From Pseudomonadota bacterium (GTDB lineage: Bacteria; Pseudomonadota; Gammaproteobacteria; Steroidobacterales; Steroidobacteraceae): 64,000 nt of DNA. The position numbers and the translations under genes were made by a program. Positions 19,252 to 28,625 of this stretch are shown one piece after another. Below the pieces are notes generated by a model. It was not told where the DNA came from. It made no database searches and saw only the letters and a list, made by a program, of their open reading frames with translations. Position 1 is the stretch's first letter. The number at the start of each line of letters is the position of its first letter. The stretch is taken from positions 1,273-65,272 of the forward strand of contig JAJZMI010000050.1 in NCBI GenBank assembly GCA_021798335.1, in the 5' to 3' direction.

Positions 19252-20508
19252 CGGAGGCTGATATGCAAGACCCAGCTCATCCGGGGACCATCGATGTGTT
19301 CATTGGCGTGGATGTAGGCAAAGGCCATCATGACGCCGTAGCGCTTGATCGCGCAGGAAAGCGACTTTTGGATCGCGCATTGCCCAACGGTGAAGCACAG
19401 CTCAAGATGCTGGTCGAGGAGCTCAGATCCCATGGGACGCTGCTGTTCGTCGTCGATCAGCCGGCCTCGATCGGGACCCGGCCCATCGCTGTCGCACGCG
19501 CCGAAGGCATCGCAGTGGCGTATCTGCCCGGGCTCGCCATGCGCCGCATCGCGGACCTGTACGCGGGCGAAGCCAAAACGGATGCCCGAGATGCCGCGAT
19601 CATTGCTGAGGTGGCTCGATCGATGCCCCACGCACTGCGCACTCTGCGGTTGGCGGACGACGCGCTCGCCGAACTCATGCTGCTGTGCGGTTTCGACGAT
19701 GATCTCGTGGCGCAGATCACCCCGGTGAGCGACCGCCTGCGGGGCCTGCTCACGCAAATCCATCCCGCGCTCAAGCGCATTCTGGGCCCGACCCTCGACC
19801 ATCCTGCCGTGCTCGATCTGCTGCAGAGATACCCGACACCTGCCGCCCTTGCTGCTGTCGACCGCCAGCGCTTGGTCACGCGCCTGAAGAAACATGCTTC
19901 CCGCATGGCCGCGCGGCTTGCCGAGGGCATCTGCCAGGCGCTCAGCGAGCAGCGTGTGGTTGTCCCGGGCACCGAGGCCGTCTAGTGGTGCCCCGCCTGG
20001 TGCAGCAGCTGAGCACCTTGCGCACACAGCGCGAGGAACTCGCCCGTGGGGTCGAGGCCCGGGTGCACGCTCACCCTCTTTGCCCGGTCCTGATGAACCT
20101 GCCGGGGGTCGGCATCGGGACTGCCGCCCGACTCCTGACGGAGGTCGTCTGCCTCCGCTTCCACTCCGAAGCGCACCTGGCCGCTTACGCAGGGCTTTCC
20201 CCGGTGACACGTCGCTCCGGATCCTCGATCCGTGGAGAGCATCCCTCCCGGCGGGGCAACAAGGTATTCAAGCGCGCCCTGTTGCTCTCGGCCTTCGCTG
20301 CGCTGCGCGACCCGCTCTCCCGCGCCTACTACGAGCGCAAGGTCAGTCAGGGCAAGCGGTACAACCAGGCCCTGATTGCTCTCGCTCGGCGCCGCTGTGA
20401 CGTCTTGTTCGCCATGCTGCGTGATCGGACCTTCTACCACCCGCTCACCCCCAAGGCTGCTTGACAGAAACATAGGGGCACCCCCCTCCGCACACGCACG
20501 CTTACCGT
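19252..20508 (+). mobile_element. IS110-family insertion sequence inserted into the group II intron RT gene; transposase frameshifted
   Basis: The transposase N-part (ATG 19263..19985) reads DVFIGVDVGKGHHDAVALD... The C-part (19985..20464) reads ...MNLPGVGIGTAARLLTEV...AYAGLSPVTRRSGSS and is in a different frame. The break lies at VVVPGTEAV*/VVPRLVQQL, so the gene is probably inactive. Confidence 0.8.
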
Positions 20509-20640
20509 GGTCTATGCAACATCGGTGCGGGGTCACTGTGCGGGACGATGGCAGTCTGCGGTTGACTCGCGGCCGTGCATGAGTATGCCGGTGCGCGCAG
20601 TTGTGGCCGCGCTGTGCGCAGGGTGCGGGCCGCACCGATG
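20509..20640 (+). pseudogene. Continuation of the group II intron RT after the IS110 insertion, then truncated
   Basis: Across two frames it reads VYATSVRG / VTVRDDGSLRLT / MPVRAVVAAL. This resembles the conserved Y.A.PVRRV.IPK.DG..R.LGIP..DR..Q.A stretch that follows LHARVHRG in group II RTs. It ends at the ATPase gene stop. Confidence 0.4.
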
Positions 20641-20643
20641 GGT

Positions 20644-23346
20644 TCAGGCGGCCGGATCCGACTGGCGGCGATTGCGCAGCGCTTTCTCTAATTCGACCGC
20701 CGTAAGAACGATCAACGCCGTAGCGATGCAGATGCTGAGTTGCAGCGCGCTCAGCGACGCGGTGCCGAAGATCGGGTGCAGCACGGGGATATACACGACG
20801 AGCAGCTGCAACGCCGCTGCGATCGATACTGCGAACAGCAGCGGCACGTTGCCTAGTAGCCGCAGCGAGAAGATGGAGGTGCGTTCTGAGCGAATGGCGA
20901 GGACGTGCCCGATCTGGGTGAAGCACAGCGTTGTGAATGCGACGGTGCGCCACGCGCTCGAGCCGCTCTGGACCGCCCAAGCCTCGGTCCCCAGCGTCAG
21001 TGCGGCCATGAGCATGCCGAAGATTAGGGCATGCGCGCCGAGACCCCGGGCGAACAAGCTCTCCGCCGGTGCGCGCGGCGGGTGGTTCATGAGATCCGAT
21101 TCCGCGGGCTCTGTCGTGAGCGCAATGCCGGGCAAGCTGTCGGTGACGAGGTTGATCCACAGGATCTGAATCGGCAACAGCGGGACAGGCAGCCCGAGAA
21201 ACGGGGCGAGGAAGACGGTCCAGACTTCGCCGGAGTTCGTCGTGAGGATGTAGCGCACGAACTTGCGCAGGTTGTCGTAAATGCGTCGGCCTTCGCGGAC
21301 CGCGCCGACGATGGTCGCGAAATTGTCATCGAGCAGGACCATGGCGCTCGCTTCGCGCGCAACGTCAGTGCCGGTGATGCCCATGGCGACACCGATATCC
21401 GCCCGCTGCAGCGCGGGTCCGTCGTTGACCCCATCGCCAGTCATCGCAACGATCTGGCCGTCGTTCTGCAGTGCGGTCACGATCCGAACCTTCTGTTCGG
21501 GGGCGACCCGGGCGTACGCGTGGACGTTGCGGACCTGCTCGGCCAGCGCGCTGTCGCCGAGCGCCGCGAGCTGCGTGCCGGTGAGGACCGTGCCGCCTTC
21601 GGCGAGGAGCCCGATGCGCCGTGCGATGGCACGTGCGGTTGCCGGATGATCGCCCGTGATCATGACTGGTACGATACCGGCGGTCCGGCAGGCGGCCACC
21701 GCTTCGGCGACCTCGGCTCTCGGCGGATCGAGCAGACCGACCAACGCCAGGAACTGCAGATGCGATTCGAGTGTCGCCGCATCGGGCTGAGGCTGCTGAT
21801 CCCAGTGGCGGCGCGCAAACGCGAGCACGCGCAGGCCGTGGGCCGCCATGCGGTCGGCTGCCTGTAGGAGCCGCTTACGGTCGATCGGGACGGTCCGGCC
21901 GTCCCGGCTCTCCGTGTCGCACAGCGGGATTAGTGATTCCGCAGCGCCCTTGGTGATTGAAAGGAAGCTGCTGTCGGCGCAGCGGTGGACCGTGCTGGTC
22001 CGTTTACGATGGGCGTCGAAGGCGATCTCGGCCACGCGCGGAGCTTCCCGCGCCGCCGCGTCGCGCCGCCGACCCTGGTGCGACGCGGCGAGTAGCAGGG
22101 CGATCTCGGTGGGATCGCCGCGCGGAGTATCGGTGGAGTCGAAGTCGGCATCATGGCTGATCGCCATCGCCTGCAGCAGTGCATCCCAGCTGGCCCCGGC
22201 GCCGAAGGCCGTGTGCAGTGCGCCGTCGCAATAATACGCATTGACGCGCATCTCGTTCGTGGTGAGCGTGCCGGTTTTGTCGGAACAGATGTACGTGACG
22301 GAACCGAGCGTTTCGACTGCCGGCAGCCGCCGGACGAGGGCCCGGTTGGCCGCCATGCGGCGCGCGCCCAGCGCAAGTGCGATGCTCACCACCGCCGGAA
22401 GCGCCTCGGGAATGGCGGCCACGGCGAGACTGAGCGCCGTGAGCAGCATCGGCATTGCGGGTTCTCCGCGCAGAATGCCGGTGACGAATACCAGCGCGCA
22501 GATGATCGAGACCAGCGCAACCAGCTGCCGTCCCAGCTTTTCCAGGCGCCGCTGCAGCGGCGTGCGCGGTCGCTGGTGCTCGACGAGGAGCGATGCAATG
22601 TGCCCGAACTCGGTGCTCATCCCGCTCGCCACGACCCAGCCGAGCGCGCGCCCCGCAGTGACCGTGGTGCCTTTGAAAGCCATATTCGCTCGCTCCGCGA
22701 GCGGAGTCCCCGCGCCGATCGGGGTGACGATCTTGTCGAGCGGAACGGACTCTCCGGTGAGCGCCGATTCGTTCACGCGCAGCCCGGCCGCTTCGGTCAG
22801 TCGCAGATCCGCCGGAACGATGTCGCCGGCTTCGAGTACGACCGCATCTCCTGGCACGAGATCCGCCGAGGCAACGAGGTGAGGTTTGCCATCGCGCAGC
22901 ACCTTGCTGGTCGGCGCGGCGATCGCCTTCAGTGCCGCCATGGCCCGCTCGGCACGCAGCTCCTGGGAAGCGCCCAGCGCGGCGTTGAGCAACACGACGA
23001 CCAAGATCACGACCACGTCCGAGAGTTCCCCGATGAACCCGGACAGCACCGCGGCCCCGATCAGCACCAAAGTCGTCAGATCCGCGAACTGGGCGTGCAG
23101 CATCATGACCAGCGAACGTCTGCGGGGCTCGATCAGGACATTCGGGCCGCACTGGCGCAGGCGCGCCGCAGCTTCATGACTACTCAGGCCGCGCGCTGAC
23201 GTCGCGAGCGCCGCAGCGACTTCCGCGACGCTCTGAGCGAACCAATGCGGTGCCATGTCGTGCGGCAGTGGATCGATGCAAGGTGTGCCGCGCTCACGGA
23301 GTGTGTCTGCCGTCGGGCGTTGCGACGGGTCGGCGTTGTGGTTCAC
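20644..23346 (-). CDS. Cation-transporting P-type ATPase (P2/Ca-Mg type)
   Basis: 900 aa with the phosphorylation motif CSDKTGTLTTNEM, the hinge MTGDGVNDGPALQRADIGVAMG, TGES, and 10 predicted TM segments. Confidence 0.9.
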   Translation of the reverse strand: MNHNADPSQRPTADTLRERGTPCIDPLPHDMAPHWFAQSVAEVAAALATSARGLSSHEAAARLRQCGPNVLIEPRRRSLVMMLHAQFADLTTLVLIGAAVLSGFIGELSDVVVILVVVLLNAALGASQELRAERAMAALKAIAAPTSKVLRDGKPHLVASADLVPGDAVVLEAGDIVPADLRLTEAAGLRVNESALTGESVPLDKIVTPIGAGTPLAERANMAFKGTTVTAGRALGWVVASGMSTEFGHIASLLVEHQRPRTPLQRRLEKLGRQLVALVSIICALVFVTGILRGEPAMPMLLTALSLAVAAIPEALPAVVSIALALGARRMAANRALVRRLPAVETLGSVTYICSDKTGTLTTNEMRVNAYYCDGALHTAFGAGASWDALLQAMAISHDADFDSTDTPRGDPTEIALLLAASHQGRRRDAAAREAPRVAEIAFDAHRKRTSTVHRCADSSFLSITKGAAESLIPLCDTESRDGRTVPIDRKRLLQAADRMAAHGLRVLAFARRHWDQQPQPDAATLESHLQFLALVGLLDPPRAEVAEAVAACRTAGIVPVMITGDHPATARAIARRIGLLAEGGTVLTGTQLAALGDSALAEQVRNVHAYARVAPEQKVRIVTALQNDGQIVAMTGDGVNDGPALQRADIGVAMGITGTDVAREASAMVLLDDNFATIVGAVREGRRIYDNLRKFVRYILTTNSGEVWTVFLAPFLGLPVPLLPIQILWINLVTDSLPGIALTTEPAESDLMNHPPRAPAESLFARGLGAHALIFGMLMAALTLGTEAWAVQSGSSAWRTVAFTTLCFTQIGHVLAIRSERTSIFSLRLLGNVPLLFAVSIAAALQLLVVYIPVLHPIFGTASLSALQLSICIATALIVLTAVELEKALRNRRQSDPAA

Positions 23347-24289
23347 GGTGCGATGTTCACAATTCGGCGCTCCCCCGTGCTGCGCGATCGCGCGGCGGTG
23401 TGCATACGCCTGGCGCAGCGCTCTTCGTTGGGTGAAGTTCCCTCATTCGATGTCCCTCGCCTTACCTCAGCAGGGAGTCGTTCCACAGGATCCGGTTCAT
23501 ATCGGGCGAGACAGCGTCTCGCGGGTCGTGGCCACCCGTTGGGGGGGCCGACTCGAGGGCAGTTCACGCCACGTTCGGTCGGCGAGGAAAGCGCGGCGGC
23601 CGTCGAAGACACATACCGCGATGGCGCCGGAATGACCGCCGCGGCTCGTGACTTCGCACAGTTTGCCCCGGTCCGAGCGCGTGTACCAGTGGCGCGAGTG
23701 CGGTGCGCCGAGGGATGGGTTCATGGGCTGCGGTCCTCCTCACGGAGTTGCTGCGCATTGCCCGGAGGCCACTGGTTGCCGCCTATTCGCAATTGTGTGG
23801 ATCCCCACGCCGAATGGGTGTAAAGGGAGGCGATTCCGTTGATTCCCCTGGCGAGTTTCCGTCGCACGCGTCGAACTATCCCAGGGACACCAGCCGGCCG
23901 GGATTCAGGGCAGCGATCGGCAGTTTGCCCGCCATGGCGGGGTCCTGCGCCCCCCCGCCTTCAGGCGGCCGAAAAGTCCGCGAAATGGGTCGAAGATGTC
24001 CGGATGTACGCATGAGGATGGCTAGATTCCAGAGGCCTTTGGGGCTGAACAGAGACGGGAGAACGGGTGCGAGACGAGCGGCTGGCTGTCGGCGTGGACT
24101 GTCGGCCGTATGGCCGGCGATCACCGGCTTGAGCCGTATCCCGGAAACCCTCGCCTTCAGGCGAGGGTATGTTCATGCGCCTCGCCGGTCTGGACGAGGT
24201 GCTCGGCGCACTCTTCGGGGAGCTGCCGAAATGAGCCGGGGCGTCACGGTCGCCGCTGTCGGGTCGCTACCTGCGCTTTTGCCCCCGAT

Positions 24290-24373
24290 CAAGCTGCGGC
24301 CCGCCGGTTCATCGAGTTCTTCACCGCCAATATCCGCAACCCCAATACACGACGGGCTTACGTCCGGGCAGCG
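24290..24373 (+). pseudogene. Fragment of a tyrosine recombinase/integrase N-terminal (SAM-like) domain
   Basis: QAAARRFIEFFTANIRNPNTRRAYVRAA is the characteristic start of a family of phage-integrase-type recombinases. No catalytic domain follows it. Confidence 0.4.
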
Positions 24374-24742
24374 TGGTGTGGCTCGGGTCGTTCGGACAGA
24401 TTTCCGGGTGGGATAGGTGGGCGACCCTGCTGAGTTGATTAAACACGGTAACGGTTCTGTCTTCAACTCTTGATTTTGGATTTTACATCTATCGGGTCTC
24501 CTGCGTGCGGCGCCGAAGGCGTCGCGCAGTCTGCCGCCTTCGGCGGCAGAAGTCCGCGCTTGCAAAGAACGCGGGCCTGTCGGTGCCTGCGACGCTCCGA
24601 GAGAGGAAAGTCTGCTTTTTTCGGAGGCGCGAGTAAAAGCGGCCGCATAGGAAGCCCTGAGAGTGGCGATCATGGGGGCGCCCGCTACCTCACCACCTCT
24701 CGGATTTCGATCCCGGCTGCTGCGCGTCGTCATTGCGATCCT

Positions 24743-24901
24743 TCAGGCCACCGCGGGGAGCTCTTCGGTCCGCACGCCGAAGTAGAGCTCATCCGGCGTT
24801 TGGTAGTAGTCGAGAGACTGATGCAGCCGCCTGCGATTGTAGGTATCGAAGTACGCCGCGAGCTGCCGCTGCGCTTCGCGGCCGTCATGATACGCATGCA
24901 G
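24743..24901 (-). pseudogene. IS3-family OrfB (integrase core) C-terminal remnant
   Basis: The minus strand reads LHAYHDGREAQRQLAAYFDTYNRRRLHQSLDYYQTPDELYFGVRTEELPAVA*. This is the typical IS3 transposase tail, and nothing upstream is in frame. Confidence 0.6.
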
Positions 24902-25068
24902 TTAGTCGAGTAGCGCGGGGCATTGCAGCCCCGCGCCCTCCCAGAAACGGACGTGAACCTCGCGATTCATCCGGCTCCTATCGTGTAGCCGAACCCGCCA
25001 GGACCCAATGCGCGAACAGGCGAGGTTGATTCGCGCGAACGCGAGCAAGCCAGGCCCATGCACCCAGG

Positions 25069-25434
25069 TCACTCCTTCACCGCCGTCTTGTCCATCCCAT
25101 CGAGTGTGCGACTGACGGTCGCCACATCGGGCAGGCGCTTCAGCCCCAGCGTGCGCTTCACCATCGGGTCGTCCTGTTAGTAGCGCAGGTCCGAGAGCCA
25201 CCGGTAGCCGATCAGAAGATGCACGATCAGCAGCATCACGATCGAGGCGTGCCCGAAGATGGGGCTGACCGTCAGGTGATCGAAGCACCCGCGCAGCCGG
25301 CTCTTCAGCCCCAGGCGCTCGAACAAGGGTTGGAACACCACGAGACCTGCGAACGAGGTCATCTGCTGGTCCTCGAAACGGATCTCGGGCAGCGCGCGGG
25401 CTTTCCAATGCACGGCAGACTTGCTAACCTTCAT
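25069..25434 (-). pseudogene. IS1380-family transposase N-terminal remnant with an in-frame stop
   Basis: MKVSKSAVHWKARALPEIRFEDQQMTSFAGLVVFQPLFERLGLKSRLRGCF...LLIVHLLIGYRWLSDLRY-TAA-QDDPMVKRTLGLKRLPDVATVSRTLDGMDKTAVKE. The remnant is truncated after about 120 codons. Confidence 0.65.
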
Positions 25435-26004
25435 ACAGACGGTCGCCTCTCTTGTCTTGATCCTACGTGTAGTAACGCAGATCATAACAGAGTTGAGGCC
25501 GTCTTTTCGTTTCAAACAAACAGTTTTCGCGATCTCCAACGCTCACCCAAGGTGAGAGTTGCGGAACCGTTCAACCGGGCGTCTCAGGCTGGAGTTACAG
25601 GTGCCGATGCGTCGGCGAGCGACGTTTTATGCACCTGGCGGGTCTATACAGACAGCCGAACGCTACACCCCTGCTTCCGCTCGCGTTTTGACTACTTTGA
25701 TTCTAACTCTTGCGCAGGCCATCGAGTAAACGCTAGCACGGACGGGTGCTATCGACCCGCTTCTCTTGGCCCCTCCGGCGGGCTCTACCCGTCAAGCATC
25801 CGAACAAAGCCCCCTATCCAATAACCAGCGTTCCAAAACAAGTGCCGCGGCAATTGATCGAGGCTTGCTGATGAGACGCCTCGCTTTAAACCTGGCGACA
25901 TCCGTTTCGGCATGCCTATATGAGGCAATCTTCGTATCGCTGCTCATACCGCAGCAGGTAGCCGCTCGTCGCTCTTTTCTTGCTTCTGGCTGGAGCCATT
26001 GCAC

Positions 26005-27336
26005 TCAAGACTTCCCTTGCCTTTTCCCAACGCCTGTCTTTGCTCTTCTTGTTTTTGTCGCGGCTGCACGCCGACGCGTCAGCTCAATAACAACTGGACG
26101 GATATTCTGAATCTCCCTCACCATCCATTCCGCCACCTTATCGATGTTTCCATCTCCCAACAGCTCACTAACGCCGCGCACCGTAAATAATCCACTATCC
26201 ACGTCATGTTTCCATATTTTCCATGAATTGGGCAGATCCCTCTCAAGTTGTGATAAGTCCTTCGTGTTTTTTTGGACATCTACATTATCCCCTCCGTCGT
26301 ACACCGCGATATACCACAATACCTCGCCCGGTATTGAATGGCCGTGCTTACGCAAGTCAATGGCCCACGGCGACTCTGGCCAACATAGCCCCCATTCGAC
26401 GCACCAGTCCCTAAGATGACCCGAGCTTTTGAAGAAGCAGTAATCACATATCGATCCGGGGAGAGAAAAGCGCTCTTCAGTTTTGTCTACTATTGTCCTT
26501 TTCTCGGTAAGTTTCTTCAGTGCAGGCTTCAACCTACCACGAATTGCGCTAAAGGATGCCGCGATCCTCTCGGCATGTTCGCCGATGACGAATGGCTTGG
26601 CAGCATCCAGATTTTCAATTGTTATCGTTTCGGAGTTCATATTGTCTTCCTCGAGGAATTTTTCAAGTTGATTCGCGAGAAAGTATACGGATTGTGAATT
26701 TGACTTCGAATTCTTCTGACCGAGCTTCTTGAGCCACAAGAAAACCCGGCTCCATCGGCAGACGCTGGTGAACTCAACATGATATTTCTCTTCTTCATTA
26801 GAAATGAAGTCATCTGGGGGTTCAGTGAAATGCGTAAGAAGCACGAGCGCGCCGCGCCATTCTGGCGTTTTGCATTTCTCACTCAGCCACTGTCCATAAC
26901 GCACCAGCTGGTGGCGGTCTTTTATACGAAAACCTTTATCTTCTTCGGACGATGAACTGCGGCTGTGGGATTCACTGTAGCCCGCACGAATTTTCGCTTC
27001 GATGATTAACAGTGGGCCTTTTTCGTCATTGAGCACAATGTCGCATCGACCGGCCCCCTCGAGATTCTGTTGAGCCGACCATGTCAGTCGTGTTTCTGGC
27101 TGCCTTTCACACAGTCTTTTCCACGCGGCAGCCGAACTTTCGTCTAAGAATAGTTCCTCAATCGCATCCTTCATTTCTCTTGGCGTCAGCCTGTTCAGCA
27201 GGTCGGTTAATGCGCTAGTCAGGAAGTCCTCGAGCGGCTCGCGACCACGCTTTTCGCCCTTGGCCGCTGATCTGTCGTTGAAACGCGGACGATAAGGGAA
27301 GAGCGCGGAATAGAGCGACTGTTTTTCTTCTGACAT
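26005..27336 (-). CDS. PD-(D/E)xK nuclease-fold protein with an uncharacterised C-terminal half
   Basis: 443 aa. GRCDIVLNDEKGPLLIIEAKIRAG gives a D...ExK core followed by HQLVRY. GC is clearly lower than in neighbouring genes (hand-counted lines 37-52%). It lies 26 nt downstream of the preceding gene on the same strand. Confidence 0.6.
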   Translation of the reverse strand: MSEEKQSLYSALFPYRPRFNDRSAAKGEKRGREPLEDFLTSALTDLLNRLTPREMKDAIEELFLDESSAAAWKRLCERQPETRLTWSAQQNLEGAGRCDIVLNDEKGPLLIIEAKIRAGYSESHSRSSSSEEDKGFRIKDRHQLVRYGQWLSEKCKTPEWRGALVLLTHFTEPPDDFISNEEEKYHVEFTSVCRWSRVFLWLKKLGQKNSKSNSQSVYFLANQLEKFLEEDNMNSETITIENLDAAKPFVIGEHAERIAASFSAIRGRLKPALKKLTEKRTIVDKTEERFSLPGSICDYCFFKSSGHLRDWCVEWGLCWPESPWAIDLRKHGHSIPGEVLWYIAVYDGGDNVDVQKNTKDLSQLERDLPNSWKIWKHDVDSGLFTVRGVSELLGDGNIDKVAEWMVREIQNIRPVVIELTRRRAAATKTRRAKTGVGKRQGKS

Positions 27337-27362
27337 CTTGTACCCCCAGATCTGTCGAACTG

Positions 27363-28625
27363 TCAGGCTCCAATGAGCCTCCGGTGATCGGACGGTACCC
27401 TATCGCCAAGCAAATTCTTGTGCTTGACCCATTGAAATCCGCAGCTCTTGGAAAGGACGGCGACATCAACGGGACCCTGCACGGACTCCTTCATGTTGAT
27501 CGTGTGCCGGGCGAGGAAGATTTGCAGACTCACGAGTGTTTCCGCGAGCGCTGCCAAGGCCCCGCGGGGGAGCGCGGACACCGCGCGCATGAACGGATCG
27601 CTGCAAAGCATTTCGACTTTGTCGCGCAGCTTTTTGGCGAAATCTCGCGTCAGATCATCTGCGCCCGTGTGATCTTTGCTGCCTGACACGTACTCGCGGA
27701 GCATGTCCGGGACGGCCTGTTCCAGGTCAGGGTGAATGCCCCGGATCAGGGTGTCGATCGCATCCGTCTGGGCAAACGGTATGATCATGGCATCATCTTC
27801 CGGCGTGATGGTGCATTCCTTGAGTTTGTAGGTTCTGAACCGACCGCCGAGCAGGGGTGCGATCTGACATTGTACCAGAGAGGGGAATGGCACGGTTTCG
27901 CCTACGCCGCCAATGACCACGTTCGCTGTCCCGGGCCCGCCCCCGGCAGACGTGAGAAATAGACAAGCCGTCTTGCGTAATGCGGCGCGAACTTCTTCGT
28001 CGAGAAGATCGGCATCCGGGAAGACGTCCGCTTCGACCTGGTCTAATAGTCGGGCGTTGCCGCGTATGAGATCCTCGGCCCAGGCGGTATCGGCGCCCTC
28101 CCACGGGTCATGCTGTTCCCAGAGTGCCTGATCTTCGCGGATGAGACGAAGCAGAGTCTCGCGTGGATTACGGTCGACGAGTGGCGTCGGGGATAGTGGC
28201 CTGGACTTCGACGCCATGTCGTTGCTCGGTTGATCCGCAGCTTCCATCGCCTCGGCCAATGGCTTGGCGTACAGCGACTTCCACAGGCCCGTGATCTGGG
28301 ACTTCAGGGCATCCGCCTGGCGCTCCGGTGAAATAGCGAGAAAGGGTGTGCGCCGGAGATACCCCAGGAAGTCATCTACGCATTGCTGAACCGTGTCGAA
28401 TCTGCGGCCATCGAGCTTTCGGGAATAGTCGGCGATGATGACCTCCCAGGGCACGCCCTCATAGGTGGCCTCACCGAAGGTCATGATCCCCATCGGGGCT
28501 CCATTGCCGAGCTGAAAGAGCTTCTCCGCACTGTTGTAAACCTTGGCGCCATCGTCCAAGGACACCGCGCTGTCGGTCGCAAGGGCGATTCCCCAAAGAT
28601 TCATGACCGCGATTTCACAAGTCAT
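27363..28625 (-). CDS. Hypothetical 420-aa protein with an HslV/proteasome-beta-like (Ntn-hydrolase) signature and a large insertion
   Basis: The N-terminus M-TCEIAVMNLWGIALATDSAVSLDDGAKVYNSAEKLF places Thr1, Asp17 and Lys34 after Met removal. HslV and 20S beta subunits have T1/D17/K33. The C-terminal part has beta-subunit-like strands (ANVVIGGVGE..., GPVDVAVLSKSCGFQWV). About 150 acidic, helical residues are inserted between them. The start overlaps the upstream gene stop (ATGA, 28622-28625). Confidence 0.5.
   Translation of the reverse strand: MTCEIAVMNLWGIALATDSAVSLDDGAKVYNSAEKLFQLGNGAPMGIMTFGEATYEGVPWEVIIADYSRKLDGRRFDTVQQCVDDFLGYLRRTPFLAISPERQADALKSQITGLWKSLYAKPLAEAMEAADQPSNDMASKSRPLSPTPLVDRNPRETLLRLIREDQALWEQHDPWEGADTAWAEDLIRGNARLLDQVEADVFPDADLLDEEVRAALRKTACLFLTSAGGGPGTANVVIGGVGETVPFPSLVQCQIAPLLGGRFRTYKLKECTITPEDDAMIIPFAQTDAIDTLIRGIHPDLEQAVPDMLREYVSGSKDHTGADDLTRDFAKKLRDKVEMLCSDPFMRAVSALPRGALAALAETLVSLQIFLARHTINMKESVQGPVDVAVLSKSCGFQWVKHKNLLGDRVPSDHRRLIGA

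Noticed and set aside
22151-23199. 333-aa (minus) and 348-aa (plus) ORFs inside the P-type ATPase locus
   Set aside because: They are alternative or antisense frames of a gene whose correct frame carries the DKTGTLT and TGDGVNDGPAL motifs.
24131-24174. GAGCCGTATCCCGGAAACC...GGGTATGTTC, resembling group II intron domain V
   Set aside because: The stem has an extra internal hairpin and lacks the canonical 34-nt geometry and bulge. No domain VI or 3' splice site is evident. I could not support it without a covariance-model search.
24467-24486. CTCTTGATTTTGGATTTTAC, resembling the tmRNA 5' end (GCUGAUUCUGGAUUCGAC)
   Set aside because: There is no GGGG acceptor start, no tag reading frame, and no T-arm or CCA 3' end nearby. 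It is better explained as a degenerate Tn7-end-type repeat.
24597-24615. CCGAGAGAGGAAAGTCTGC, reminiscent of the RNase P RNA GGAAAGTCCGG core
   Set aside because: Only about 10 nt match. None of the other conserved RNase P regions or helices can be found around it.
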